DNA of 64,000 nt, from contig JAWPML010000001.1 of assembly GCA_033344915.1 (NCBI GenBank), forward strand, positions 1,048,369 to 1,112,368, given 5' to 3'. The notes below the pieces were generated by a model, which had not been told where the DNA came from, did no database searches, and was given only the letters and a program-made list of their open reading frames with translations. The position numbers and the translations under genes were made by a program. The DNA is from Acidimicrobiales bacterium. Lineage in GTDB: Bacteria > Actinomycetota > Acidimicrobiia > Acidimicrobiales > Aldehydirespiratoraceae. How positions within the stretch are numbered: the stretch's first letter is position 1; each line of letters opens with the position of its first letter. Shown piece by piece: positions 29,857 through 39,172 of the stretch.

Positions 29857-31013
29857 ACCAGCAGCCGGCGCGGTTCGCGTTCGTCGGTGCGGTGGCCACC
29901 GTGGTCGACGTCGGCTTCGCGGTCAGCCTGACCGAACTGGGACTGGCCCGGGGGCTCGCCGATGTGCTCGCCCTCGCGATCGCGGCGCCGACGTCGTACC
30001 TGCTGCACCGGCGCGTCACCCTGCGCGGCGATCTGCTCGACCGCTGGATCCGCCAGCCTCCGGTGTTCGCCTTCATCGCCGTCGTCGCTGGTCTGGTCGA
30101 CCTCGTCGTCTATGTCTCCCTCGGCGGCGTCTCGCCCCTCCCGGCGAAGGTGATCGCCGTCGTCGTGGCCGCCGTGATCCGATCCGCGGGCCATCGTCTG
30201 GTGTTGTTCCGGGCCGTGCGGCGAGAGCAGGACCTGCCGACGAATCGGCCACCGGCGAGCGGCCGACATCGGCTGTCCGTCGTCGTTCCCGCCTATCAGG
30301 AGGAGGGCCGCATCGCCGCCACGATCGAGCGGATCCGCCAGGAGCTCGCCGACCTGCACCGGGCCGGCGACCTGGAGATTGTCGTCGTCGACGACGGGTC
30401 GTCGGACGGCACGGCAGCCGCGGCCCGCGCCGCCGGGGCCGACCGGGTCGTCGAGCAGCCGGAGAACCGGGGCAAGGGGGCGGCCGTGCGGGCCGGTGTC
30501 GCCGTCGCCGACGGTCGCGTGGTCGCGTTCACCGACGCCGACCTCGCCTATGCGCCCCACCAGCTCCTGGCGCTGCTCGACGCCGTCGAGGGCGGCTACG
30601 ACGTGGTCGTCGGGAATCGACACGACCACGACTCCGAGACGCTCGTCGGCACGTCGGCGCTGCGGTCGTTCGGCAGCCGGGTGGTGAACATGGCCACCTC
30701 GATCATGCTGCTCGGCAACTATCGGGACACCCAGTGCGGCTGCAAGGCCTTCCGCAGCGATGTCGCCCGGCTCGTGTTGGGGGCGGGGAGGATCGACGGC
30801 TTCGCCTTCGACATCGAGATCCTGCACCTCGTCGAGCGCTACGGACTGTCGCTCAAGGAGGTGCCGGTCGAGGTCGTGAACAGCGAGACCAGCACCGTGC
30901 GGGCGCTGCACGACGGCCTGGCGGTCGGTCGCGACATCCTGCGCATCCGCCGCATCGCCCGGCGGGGCGGCTATCCCTCCCTTTCCACCGATGCCCTGCC
31001 GACAGATCCCTGA
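29853..31013 (+). CDS. GtrA-like 4-TM domain fused to a polyprenyl-phosphate sugar synthase-type GT2 (DPM1/GtrB/CsbB-like)
   Basis: The N-terminus VNQQPARFAFVGAVATVVDVGFAV...LLHRRVTL... is GtrA-like. It is followed by LSVVVPAYQEEGRIAATIERI...IVVVDDGSSDGT...NRGKGAAVRAGV.....VAFTDADLAY....QCGCKAF..........FAFDIEIL. Its GTG overlaps the upstream TGA (GTGA at 29853-29856). Confidence 0.85.
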   Translation: MNQQPARFAFVGAVATVVDVGFAVSLTELGLARGLADVLALAIAAPTSYLLHRRVTLRGDLLDRWIRQPPVFAFIAVVAGLVDLVVYVSLGGVSPLPAKVIAVVVAAVIRSAGHRLVLFRAVRREQDLPTNRPPASGRHRLSVVVPAYQEEGRIAATIERIRQELADLHRAGDLEIVVVDDGSSDGTAAAARAAGADRVVEQPENRGKGAAVRAGVAVADGRVVAFTDADLAYAPHQLLALLDAVEGGYDVVVGNRHDHDSETLVGTSALRSFGSRVVNMATSIMLLGNYRDTQCGCKAFRSDVARLVLGAGRIDGFAFDIEILHLVERYGLSLKEVPVEVVNSETSTVRALHDGLAVGRDILRIRRIARRGGYPSLSTDALPTDP

Positions 31014-31052
31014 GCAAGCAGATCCCTGAGCAAGCAGATCCTGACCGAGCAG
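31005..31052. repeat. tandem 16-nt direct repeat, 2 perfect copies plus 1 degenerate copy
   Basis: GATCCCTGAGCAAGCA (31005-31020) and GATCCCTGAGCAAGCA (31021-31036), then GATCCTGACCGAGCAG (31037-31052). The first copy contains the stop codon of the GtrA-GT2 gene (31011-31013). Confidence 0.85.
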
Positions 31053-31081
31053 CCCCGAGTACCCGAAAGTAGATTGCTGAC

Positions 31082-32425
31082 GTGACGACCGACTTCGACG
31101 CGATTTTCAAGGCCTACGACGTTCGGGGCACCGTTCCCGACCAGTTCGACGTCGACGGCGCCCGAGCGATCGGAGGGGCCTTCGCCCGCTTCGTCGCCTC
31201 GAAGGGCGAGACCTCGATCGTCGTCGGTCACGACATGCGGCCGGAGGGCCCGGAGTTCTCCGCCGCGTTCGGCGACGGCGCGATCGACCACGGGGTGGAC
31301 GTCGTGGACGTCGGTCTGTGCGCGACCGACATGATGTACTACGCGTCCGGTGTCCTCGAGATGCCCGGTGCGGTCTTCACGGCGTCGCACAATCCCGCCG
31401 GGTACAACGGCATCAAGATGTGTCTCGCCAAGGCGGCGCCGATCGGATCGGACACCGGCCTCGACACCATCAAGCAGATGGCCGCCGCCGGACCCGACCC
31501 CACCGGCACCACGGGGAGTCGCCGCGAACAGGACATGCTCGCGGGCTATGTCGAACACGTGCACGGCTTCGTCGACACGACCGCGCTGAAGCCGCTGAAG
31601 GTCGTGGCGGACACCGCGAACGGGATGGGCGGGCTCGTGCTCCCCGCGGTGATGGCCGATCTCCCGTTCACGATCGACCACCTCTACCCCGAGCTCGACG
31701 GCACGTTCCCCAACCATCCGGCCGACCCGATCCAACCGGAGAACCAGAAGGACCTGATGGAGCGGGTGCTCGCCACCGGGGCGGACATCGGGCTGGCGTT
31801 CGACGGCGACGCCGACCGTGTGTTCCTCGTCGACGAGACGGCCCGGGCCATCTCCGGCTCCCTCACCACCGCGATGGTCGCCCGCTCGATCCTCGAACGT
31901 GAGCCTGGCGCGACCGTGATCCACAACCTCATCTGCTCGAAGGCCGTGCCCGAGGTCATCGCCGAGAACGGCGGCACCGCCGTGCGCAGCCGCGTCGGCC
32001 ACAGCTACATCAAGCAGCTCATGGCGGAGACCGGTGCGGTGTTCGGGGGCGAACACTCCGGCCACTACTACTTCCGCGAGAACTATCGGGCCGACAGCGG
32101 TCTGATCGCCGCCCTCGTGGTGCTCGAGGCGCTCAGCAACCACCCCGCCGGCCTCGCCGACCTGGTGTCGTCGCTGGACCGCTACGCGGCCTCGGGCGAG
32201 ATCAACACGCGCGTCGACGACGCCGCCGCTGTGATCGACCGGGTGGCGTCCCGCTACCCCGACGCCGACCAGGACCGGTTGGACGGGCTCACCGTCGACT
32301 TCGGCGACTGGTGGTTCAATCTCCGCGCGTCCAACACCGAGCCGCTGCTGCGGCTGAATCTCGAAGCACCGACCGACGCGGACGTCGAACGACGGGTCGA
32401 CGAGGTCCGTGGCCATTTCGGCTGA
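31082..32425 (+). CDS. manB: phosphomannomutase/phosphoglucomutase
   Basis: MTTDFDAIFKAYDVRGTVPDQ...VVGHDMR....F........G.DV.D.GL..T...Y........G..FTASHNPAGYNGIK.C (active-site Ser loop), FDGDADR, and GGEHSGHYYF. Confidence 0.93.
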   Translation: MTTDFDAIFKAYDVRGTVPDQFDVDGARAIGGAFARFVASKGETSIVVGHDMRPEGPEFSAAFGDGAIDHGVDVVDVGLCATDMMYYASGVLEMPGAVFTASHNPAGYNGIKMCLAKAAPIGSDTGLDTIKQMAAAGPDPTGTTGSRREQDMLAGYVEHVHGFVDTTALKPLKVVADTANGMGGLVLPAVMADLPFTIDHLYPELDGTFPNHPADPIQPENQKDLMERVLATGADIGLAFDGDADRVFLVDETARAISGSLTTAMVARSILEREPGATVIHNLICSKAVPEVIAENGGTAVRSRVGHSYIKQLMAETGAVFGGEHSGHYYFRENYRADSGLIAALVVLEALSNHPAGLADLVSSLDRYAASGEINTRVDDAAAVIDRVASRYPDADQDRLDGLTVDFGDWWFNLRASNTEPLLRLNLEAPTDADVERRVDEVRGHFG

Positions 32426-32509
32426 GGCCGCCGTGACGAGCGCGATCACCGCGCGTTCGGGCCCGTAGCTGATTGACTGTCTGGCAGCCGCCCGTCCTGG
32501 AGGACCGAC

Positions 32510-32749
32510 ATGACCCTCGATTCCCGACTGCTCGAGATCCTGGCCTGCCCGGTCGACAAGGGTCCGCTCTACTACCTCGAGGACGAGGCTGCGCTCTACA
32601 ACCCCCGCCTGCAGAAGCGCTACCGGATCCACGAGGGCGACATCCCGGTGATGTTGCCCGACGAGGCCGATGACGTCACCGACGACGAGCACGACCGACT
32701 GATGGCGAAGATCGAGGCCGACGGCGTCAGCCCGACGTTCGAGGCGTAG
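32510..32749 (+). CDS. Trm112-family small protein
   Basis: MTLDSRLLEILACPVDKGPLYY.....LYNP.L...Y.I..GIPVML.DEA. A GGAGGA Shine-Dalgarno sequence lies 6 nt upstream. Confidence 0.8.
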   Translation: MTLDSRLLEILACPVDKGPLYYLEDEAALYNPRLQKRYRIHEGDIPVMLPDEADDVTDDEHDRLMAKIEADGVSPTFEA

Positions 32750-32760
32750 CCGCCGGTCCG

Positions 32761-33708
32761 ATGTCCGCCGAAGAGTTGCTCGAAGCGCTGCGCCACCTGC
32801 CCGATCTGGTGCGGGACGCGGCCGTGGCGGCGGCCGACGTGGACGACCTGCCCGAACGCGACGGCATCGCCCAGGTGGCGGTCTTCGGCGTGGGTGGCAG
32901 CCGGGTCGCCGGCGACGTCATCGAGGCGCTCGGCGAGGTGCGGGGCAGCGTGCCGATCATCGCGACCGGGGCCCGCTGTCCCTCCTGGGTGGGCGAGTCC
33001 ACGCTCGCGATCGTGTTGTCGCCCTCCGGCGACGACGAAGCGATGCTCGGCGCAGCCAGGGCCGCTCGCGACGCGGGGGCGCGGCTGGTGGCGGTCACCG
33101 CCGGCGGCGCGTTGGGCGACATCTGCCGCGAGCGGGGCGTCGCCGTCGTGCCCGTCGACGCCGAAGCCGGTCCGGCGGCCGGGCTCGGCGTCTCGATCGT
33201 TCCGGTGCTCGTCCTGCTCGAGCGACTCGGGCTGGCCGCGGGCATGAGCCGGGCGATCTCCGGAGCGGCCGAGCAGCTCGCGATCCGCCACGCCGCGCTG
33301 GACGAGGACCTCGGAGCCGTCGAGGCGCTCGCCGCGACGCTCCCGGGCAAGATCGCGATCGTCACCGGCGCCGGCGCCATGGGCAAGCACGCGGCCCGCC
33401 GTTGGGTGCAGGAGATCGATCGGGTCGGTGGGGTCGCCGCGGTGCGGCGTCGTCTGCCGACGGGTCCGGTCGACGTGGACACGGGTGTCCGTCTCGCCGA
33501 CGCCGCTGCCCGCGGTGCCGTGTTGATCGTGCTGCGCCACGATTTCGAGCCGCCTGGTCTCGACGGCGGCGTCGCCCTGCTCGAGGGCAAGTTCGACGAG
33601 ATCCACACCTTCGTCGCCGGGGGCGACGGGGCGCTCGCCCAGCTCCTGGATCTGGTGCTGGTCGCCGATGCGGTCGCCGCCGCGCTGGTCCGTCAGACCG
33701 GAGACTGA
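32761..33708 (+). CDS. SIS-domain protein (phosphoglucose/phosphomannose isomerase-like)
   Basis: VAVFGVGGSRVAGDVI......IVLSPSGDDEAML.AARAARDAGARLVAVTAGG.L matches the SIS-domain pattern. It sits between the pmm and manA genes, as in other actinobacteria. Confidence 0.72.
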   Translation: MSAEELLEALRHLPDLVRDAAVAAADVDDLPERDGIAQVAVFGVGGSRVAGDVIEALGEVRGSVPIIATGARCPSWVGESTLAIVLSPSGDDEAMLGAARAARDAGARLVAVTAGGALGDICRERGVAVVPVDAEAGPAAGLGVSIVPVLVLLERLGLAAGMSRAISGAAEQLAIRHAALDEDLGAVEALAATLPGKIAIVTGAGAMGKHAARRWVQEIDRVGGVAAVRRRLPTGPVDVDTGVRLADAAARGAVLIVLRHDFEPPGLDGGVALLEGKFDEIHTFVAGGDGALAQLLDLVLVADAVAAALVRQTGD

Positions 33709-33709
33709 C

Positions 33710-34870
33710 ATGGAGCTCCTCGAGGGCCGGCTGCGTGACTACGACTGGGGCTCGCCGACGTCGATCCCCGAGTTGTTGGGCCGCCCGGCGTCCGGTGAGC
33801 CGGTCGCCGAACTGTGGCTCGGCGCCCATCCCCGCGCGCCGGCCCTCGTGGGTTCCGACCATCGGCCTCTCGACCGCGTCGTCGCCGACGACCCGACTGC
33901 CGCCCTCGGGAGCGGCGTGGAGGAGCGCTTCGGTTCGCTTCCGTTCCTGTTGAAGGTGCTCGCCGCCGCGGCGCCGTTGTCGCTGCAGGCCCATCCCTCG
34001 ATGGAGCAGGCCGAGGCCGGCTACGCCGCCGAGGACGCGGCCGGCATCCCGCTCGACGCCCCCGAACGTGCGTTTCGGGACCGCAGCCACAAGCCGGAGC
34101 TGATCTGTGCGCTCACGGAGTTCGATGCCCTGTGCGGTTTCCGGGATCCGGCCCGCACCCTCGAGGTCCTCGCGTCCATCGACGTCGCCGCCCTGGACAC
34201 CGTGTGCACGATGCTGAGCGACGATCCGTCACCGGCGGGGCTCGCCCGGCTGCTGGAATGGCTGCTGACCCTCGACGCGGCGGATGCCGCCGCCCTCACC
34301 GAACCGGTGGTCGAGGCCTGTCGGACCGATCGCGGCGAGCCGTTCTCGCGTGAACGGGCCATGGCGGTGACCCTCGGCGATCGCTATCCGGGCGATGCCG
34401 GCGTGATCACCGCCCTGCTGCTCAACTTCGTCACCCTGCAGCCCGGTGAGGCGCTCTTCCTCGGGTCGGGCAACCTCCACGCCTACCTCCGGGGCACCGG
34501 CGTGGAGATCATGGCGAGCAGCGACAACGTGTTGCGGGGTGGGCTCACGTCCAAACATGTCGATGTGGCAGCCCTCGTCGAGATCGTCGAGGCGAAACCG
34601 ATCGTCCCGGACGTGCAGCGTCCCCCGGTGATCGACGGTGTCGCCGCCTACGCCGCCCCGGTACCGGAGTTCTCGCTCCAGCGCATCGAGGTGGACGGCA
34701 CGATCACGGTGGACGGCGGCCCGGCGATTCTGCTCTGCACGGCCGGTCGTGTGGACGCGGGTGGCCACGTGCTCGATCGCGGCGCTGCTGCGTGGGTACC
34801 GGCGTCCGACGGACCGGTCGAACTCAGCGGCCGCGCCACGGTTTTCCGGGCAGGTGTCGGCGGGCTCTGA
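33710..34870 (+). CDS. manA: mannose-6-phosphate isomerase, class I
   Basis: MELLEGRLRDYDWGS...I.ELLG.......VAELWLGAHP..P......LPFLLKVLAA..PLSLQAHP...A..G.........D..YRD..HKPELICALT.F.ALCGFR...LQPGEALFL..GNLHAYL.G.GVEIMASSDNVLRGGLT.KHVDV. It starts 1 nt after the SIS gene stop. Confidence 0.88.
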   Translation: MELLEGRLRDYDWGSPTSIPELLGRPASGEPVAELWLGAHPRAPALVGSDHRPLDRVVADDPTAALGSGVEERFGSLPFLLKVLAAAAPLSLQAHPSMEQAEAGYAAEDAAGIPLDAPERAFRDRSHKPELICALTEFDALCGFRDPARTLEVLASIDVAALDTVCTMLSDDPSPAGLARLLEWLLTLDAADAAALTEPVVEACRTDRGEPFSRERAMAVTLGDRYPGDAGVITALLLNFVTLQPGEALFLGSGNLHAYLRGTGVEIMASSDNVLRGGLTSKHVDVAALVEIVEAKPIVPDVQRPPVIDGVAAYAAPVPEFSLQRIEVDGTITVDGGPAILLCTAGRVDAGGHVLDRGAAAWVPASDGPVELSGRATVFRAGVGGL

Positions 34871-35026
34871 GGCCCCGGCCGGCAGACGAACCGGTAGGGC
34901 CGTCGGCCCATGTGCCGTGTGTCGTCCACGCCGTACACTGCAACGCTGCGGGCTGTTCCGAGATGGCGTCAGTTGACCCCGGCCCCTCCAGAAGCATCAA
35001 CCAATCTCGAACACAGGAGGGCCCCC

Positions 35027-36472
35027 GTGGCTCTGACAACTGACGACTACAAGGTCGCGGACATCGATCTGGCCGAGTTCGGCCGCAAGGAGATCCGTCT
35101 CGCGGAACACGAGATGCCCGGACTCATGGCACTGCGCGGCAAGTACGCCGACGAGCAGCCGCTCGCCGGGGCCCGCATCGCCGGCTCGCTGCACATGACC
35201 GTGCAGACGGCCGTGCTCATCGAGACGCTCGTCGCCCTCGGCGCCGACGTCCGTTGGGTGAGCTGCAACATCTTCTCCACCCAGGACCACGCCGCCGCCG
35301 CCGTGGCGGTCGGCCCGAACGGCACGACCGAGCACCCCGACGGCACTCCCGTCTTCGCCTGGAAGGGCGAGACCCTCGAGGAGTACTGGTGGGCCACCGA
35401 GCAGCTGTTCCACTGGCCCGACGGCGGCGGCCCCAACCTGATCCTCGACGATGGTGGCGACGCCACGATGCTCGTCCACAAGGGTCTGGAGTACGAGAAG
35501 GCCGGCGCCATCCCCGAGACCGAGGAGGACGCCTCCGAGGAGTGGGGCGTGTTCCTCGACCGGGTGCGCGTCATCGCGTCGCGTGACGCGGACTTCTTCA
35601 GCCGGATCGCTCCCGGCATCCGGGGCGTCTCCGAGGAGACCACCACCGGTGTCCACCGGCTGTACCAGATGATGGAGACCGGCGAGTTGCTGTTCCCCGC
35701 CATCAACGTCAACGACGCCGTCACGAAGTCGAAGTTCGACAACCTCTACGGCTGTCGCCACTCGCTCATCGACGGCATCAACCGCGCCACCGACGTCATG
35801 ATCGGCGGCAAGGTCGCGGTCGTCTGCGGCTACGGCGATGTCGGCAAGGGCTGCGCCGAATCCCTCCGGGGCCAGGGCGCCCGGGTCATCGTCACCGAGG
35901 TCGACCCGATCTGCGCGCTGCAGGCCGCGATGTCGGGCTACGAGGTCAACACGCTCGAGGCCGTCCTCGACATCGCTGACATTTTCATCACCACCACCGG
36001 CAACAAGGACATCATCCTCGCCGGCCACATGGCGAAGATGAAGCATCAGGCGATCGTCGGCAACATCGGCCACTTCGACAACGAGCTCGACATGGCCGGT
36101 CTGCACCGCATGTCCGACGTGCGCCGGATCAACATCAAGCCGCAGGTCGACGAGTACGTCTTCCCCGACGGGCACTCGATCATCGTGCTGTCCGAGGGTC
36201 GTCTGCTGAACCTCGGCAACGCCACGGGTCACCCCAGCTTCGTGATGAGCTGCTCGTTCACGAACCAGGTGCTCGCCCAGATCGAGCTCCACGCCAACGC
36301 CGACTCGATCGAGATGGGCGTCCACGTGCTGCCGAAGGAGCTCGACGAGGAAGTGGCCCGTCTGCACCTCGACTCGCTGGGCGTGAAGCTCACCCAGATG
36401 AGCCAGGAACAGGCCGACTACCTCGGCGTCCCCGTCGACGGCCCGTACAAGCCGTCGCACTACCGCTACTGA
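35027..36472 (+). CDS. ahcY: adenosylhomocysteinase
   Basis: [38 protein letters not shown]...[45 protein letters not shown]... with the NAD site [15 protein letters not shown] start at 35027 with AGGAGG 6 nt upstream. The track ORF has a spurious 39-codon extension. Confidence 0.97.
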   Translation: MALTTDDYKVADIDLAEFGRKEIRLAEHEMPGLMALRGKYADEQPLAGARIAGSLHMTVQTAVLIETLVALGADVRWVSCNIFSTQDHAAAAVAVGPNGTTEHPDGTPVFAWKGETLEEYWWATEQLFHWPDGGGPNLILDDGGDATMLVHKGLEYEKAGAIPETEEDASEEWGVFLDRVRVIASRDADFFSRIAPGIRGVSEETTTGVHRLYQMMETGELLFPAINVNDAVTKSKFDNLYGCRHSLIDGINRATDVMIGGKVAVVCGYGDVGKGCAESLRGQGARVIVTEVDPICALQAAMSGYEVNTLEAVLDIADIFITTTGNKDIILAGHMAKMKHQAIVGNIGHFDNELDMAGLHRMSDVRRINIKPQVDEYVFPDGHSIIVLSEGRLLNLGNATGHPSFVMSCSFTNQVLAQIELHANADSIEMGVHVLPKELDEEVARLHLDSLGVKLTQMSQEQADYLGVPVDGPYKPSHYRY

Positions 36473-36506
36473 GAAAGTATGGGGGTCTGACCCCTCATAC
36501 TTTCTC
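36471..36506 (+). terminator. strong AT-rich stem-loop overlapping the ahcY stop; no U-tract
   Basis: In GAGAAAGTATGGGGG-TCTGAC-CCCCTCATACTTTCTC I paired 15 bp by hand (one G.U) with a 6-nt loop. It is locally AT-rich in a GC-rich background. No T-run follows on either strand, so intrinsic-terminator function is an assumption. Confidence 0.5.
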
Positions 36507-36568
36507 GTCGGAAGTGAACGACCGATAGCGTCCCCTCTGTCGAAGCTGGCAGAGGGGACGTTCGCGTC

Positions 36569-37450
36569 ATGGCAACGGTTGATCGTGGTGTGTGGTTGGC
36601 CCCGGAGGGGCTGACGGGGGAACAGGTCGGTGCGCTCGGGCCGCGGCTCGAAGGTCTCGGCTATTCGACGCTGTGGGTCGGTGAGACGATGGGGCGCGAC
36701 CCGTTCGCCCTGCTGGCCCATGTCGGTGCGCGGACGTCCACCCTTCGCCTGGCCACCGGCATCGCCAACATCTACAACCGGCACCCCGGCGTCATGCTGC
36801 AGGGCGCCAACACGGTCGCCGAGCAGACCGGCGGCCGCATGATCCTCGGGCTCGGGGTGTCGAGCCCCGTCATCGTGAACAAGGTCCGCGGCATCGAGTA
36901 CGACAAGCCGCTGTCGTTCCTGCGGACGTACCTCGACGGCATGGAGGCGTCGCGCTACACCTCCGTCCCGCCGGCCGATCCCGTGCCCGTCTACCTCGCC
37001 GCGCTCGGGCCGAAGATGCTCGAACTCGCCGCCGAGCGGGCCACGGGCGCGCATCCGTACAACACGACGCCGGAGCACACGGCGTTCGCCCGCGAGGTCA
37101 TGGGCCCCGACGCCGGGCTCTGCGTCGAGCAGAAGGTCATGCTCACCACCGACGCGGCCCAGGCCCGGGCCACCGGCGCCGGCGTGCTGAAGTTCTATTC
37201 GCGGGCCCCCGGCTATCGGAACGCCTGGATCCGCATGGGCTTCACCGAGGAGGACATCGACGGCATGTCCGACCGGTTCGTCGATGCGCTCGTCGCCTGG
37301 GGGGATGTGGACGCCATCGAGGCGCGGCTCGCCGAGCACGCCGAGGCCGGCGCCACCCACGTCTGCATCCAGCCGCTCCACCCCGAGCACGGGGTCGGGG
37401 CGATCGACGACGCGGCGCTCGCCGCGCTGGCCCCCGGGGGTGCCGCATGA
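36569..37450 (+). CDS. LLM-class (luciferase-like) oxidoreductase, probably F420-dependent
   Basis: GVWL.PEG........RLEGLGYSTLWVGE..GRDPF..LA........LRLATGIANIY.RHP.......NT.AE..GGR.ILGLGVS...LAALGPKML.LA.E.A.GAHPY. F420 dependence is inferred from family resemblance and from cofD/cofE in the window. Confidence 0.75.
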   Translation: MATVDRGVWLAPEGLTGEQVGALGPRLEGLGYSTLWVGETMGRDPFALLAHVGARTSTLRLATGIANIYNRHPGVMLQGANTVAEQTGGRMILGLGVSSPVIVNKVRGIEYDKPLSFLRTYLDGMEASRYTSVPPADPVPVYLAALGPKMLELAAERATGAHPYNTTPEHTAFAREVMGPDAGLCVEQKVMLTTDAAQARATGAGVLKFYSRAPGYRNAWIRMGFTEEDIDGMSDRFVDALVAWGDVDAIEARLAEHAEAGATHVCIQPLHPEHGVGAIDDAALAALAPGGAA

Positions 37451-38274
37451 GCGAACCACGCGTGACCGTGGAGATCGACGACGGCGTGGCCGACGTCCGT
37501 CTCAACCGCGGCGACAAGATGAACGCGATGGACGGGCGGATGTTCGCTGCCCTGGTCGAGACGGCCGACGAACTCGCCGCGAACAACGCGGTTCGGGCGG
37601 TCGTGATCTCGGGCAACGGCCCTTCGTTCTGCGCCGGCCTCGATTTCTCCGGTTTCCAGGCCATGGCCGGCGGCGTCGGCGGCGACGAGAGCACCAGCAC
37701 CGGCGCGATCGGCCGCGTCGAGAAGGAACGAGCACACGTGACCCATCACGCCCAGCAGGCGGTCTGGGGATGGCACGAACTGCCGATGCCGGTCATCGCC
37801 GCGGTGCACGGCGTGGCCTTCGGAGCCGGCTGCCAACTGGCCGTCGGCGCCGACATCCGCTTCGTGACCCCGGACGTGCGGATGTCGGTCCTCGAGATCC
37901 GCTGGGGCATCAGCCCGGACATGACGATCACCTCGCTGCTCCCGAGTCTGATCGGCGCGGACCGGGCGAAGGAGATGATCTGGACCGGCCGTGAGGTCAA
38001 CGGGCCCGAGGCGGTCGAGATCGGCCTCGCGACCCACATGGCGGACGATCCCCATGTCGGGGCGCTCGAACTGGCCCGGCTGATCGCCACGAAGAGCCCC
38101 CACGCCATCCGGGCCGGGAAGCGCCTGATCAACCAGGTCGCCCCGGAGGACTACGACGCCCAGTTCGCCCGCGAGCGCGAGGAGATCGGGGCGCTCATCG
38201 GCACGCCGAACCAGGTCGAGTCCGTCGGCGCCTACTTCGAGAAGCGCACGCCCGACTACGCGGATCCGGAGTAG
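37447..38274 (+). CDS. enoyl-CoA hydratase/isomerase (crotonase) family protein
   Basis: VADVRLNRGDKMNAMD..MF.AL......L......RAVVISGNGPSFCAGLDF. Its ATG overlaps the upstream TGA (ATGA at 37447-37450). Confidence 0.88.
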   Translation: MSEPRVTVEIDDGVADVRLNRGDKMNAMDGRMFAALVETADELAANNAVRAVVISGNGPSFCAGLDFSGFQAMAGGVGGDESTSTGAIGRVEKERAHVTHHAQQAVWGWHELPMPVIAAVHGVAFGAGCQLAVGADIRFVTPDVRMSVLEIRWGISPDMTITSLLPSLIGADRAKEMIWTGREVNGPEAVEIGLATHMADDPHVGALELARLIATKSPHAIRAGKRLINQVAPEDYDAQFAREREEIGALIGTPNQVESVGAYFEKRTPDYADPE

Positions 38275-38278
38275 GCCC

Positions 38279-39103
38279 GTGCCCGAGCACGACACGCCGG
38301 ACCCCGGCACGCCCGATCCGACCCTTGGCACCGTCAACGTGGCCGTCGTCGACGAGCACATCCTCACGATGGAGATCGACCGCCCGGCGAAGCTCAACGG
38401 CTTCACCCCCGAGATGATGGACGCCCTCGTCGACGCGTTCACCCGCCTCGACGAGGACGATGATCTCTGGTGCGGGGTCGTGACCGCCGCCGGCCCCCAC
38501 TTCACCGCCGGGCTCGACCTGCCCCGGTTCCAGGAACGGATGCAGTCCGGCGAGCGCTCGATGGACCGGCAGGGCCTCGTCGACCCGACCGCGCTGGGCC
38601 GGAGCTGTCGAAAGCCCGTGGTGTACGCGGTCAAGGGGATCACCTACACGGTTGGGATCGAGCTGATGCTCGGCGGCGACATCGTGGTCGCGGCGGACGA
38701 CTGCCGCTTCCGTCAGCACGAGCCGCTGCGGGGCATCCACGCCACCGGTGGCGCCACGATCCGCTTCGTCGAGCGGGGCGGCTGGGGCAACGCGATGTAC
38801 CACCTGCTCACGAGCGACGAGTTCTCCTCTGACGAGGCGTACCGCATCGGCCTCGTGCAGGAGGTGGTGCCCGCCGGCGAGGAGAGCGACCGTGCGCTCG
38901 CGCTCGCCCGCCTCGTCTGTGAGGGTGCGCCGAAGGCCGTCCAGGCCACCAAGGCGTCCTCGCTGCGCTACGTACTGGAGGGTCACGAGGCCGCCCGGGC
39001 CCGGTTCAGCGACGTCCAGGCCGAACTCAGCGCGGGGGAGGACTTCCAGGAGGGCCTGCGGTCGTTCATCGAGAAGCGGCCGCCGAAGTTCACCGGTCGC
39101 TAG
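38279..39103 (+). CDS. enoyl-CoA hydratase/isomerase (crotonase) family protein
   Basis: ILTMEIDRPAKLNGFTPEMMDAL..AF..L..DDDLWCGVVTAAGPHFTAGLDL. GTG start 4 nt after the previous stop. Confidence 0.85.
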   Translation: MPEHDTPDPGTPDPTLGTVNVAVVDEHILTMEIDRPAKLNGFTPEMMDALVDAFTRLDEDDDLWCGVVTAAGPHFTAGLDLPRFQERMQSGERSMDRQGLVDPTALGRSCRKPVVYAVKGITYTVGIELMLGGDIVVAADDCRFRQHEPLRGIHATGGATIRFVERGGWGNAMYHLLTSDEFSSDEAYRIGLVQEVVPAGEESDRALALARLVCEGAPKAVQATKASSLRYVLEGHEAARARFSDVQAELSAGEDFQEGLRSFIEKRPPKFTGR

Positions 39104-39172
39104 GCGGACCCGTCTCCCCGCGTCGCCGACGCAATCTAGAGTCGGTCCGATCGAGACCGTAAGGGGGAGCCG

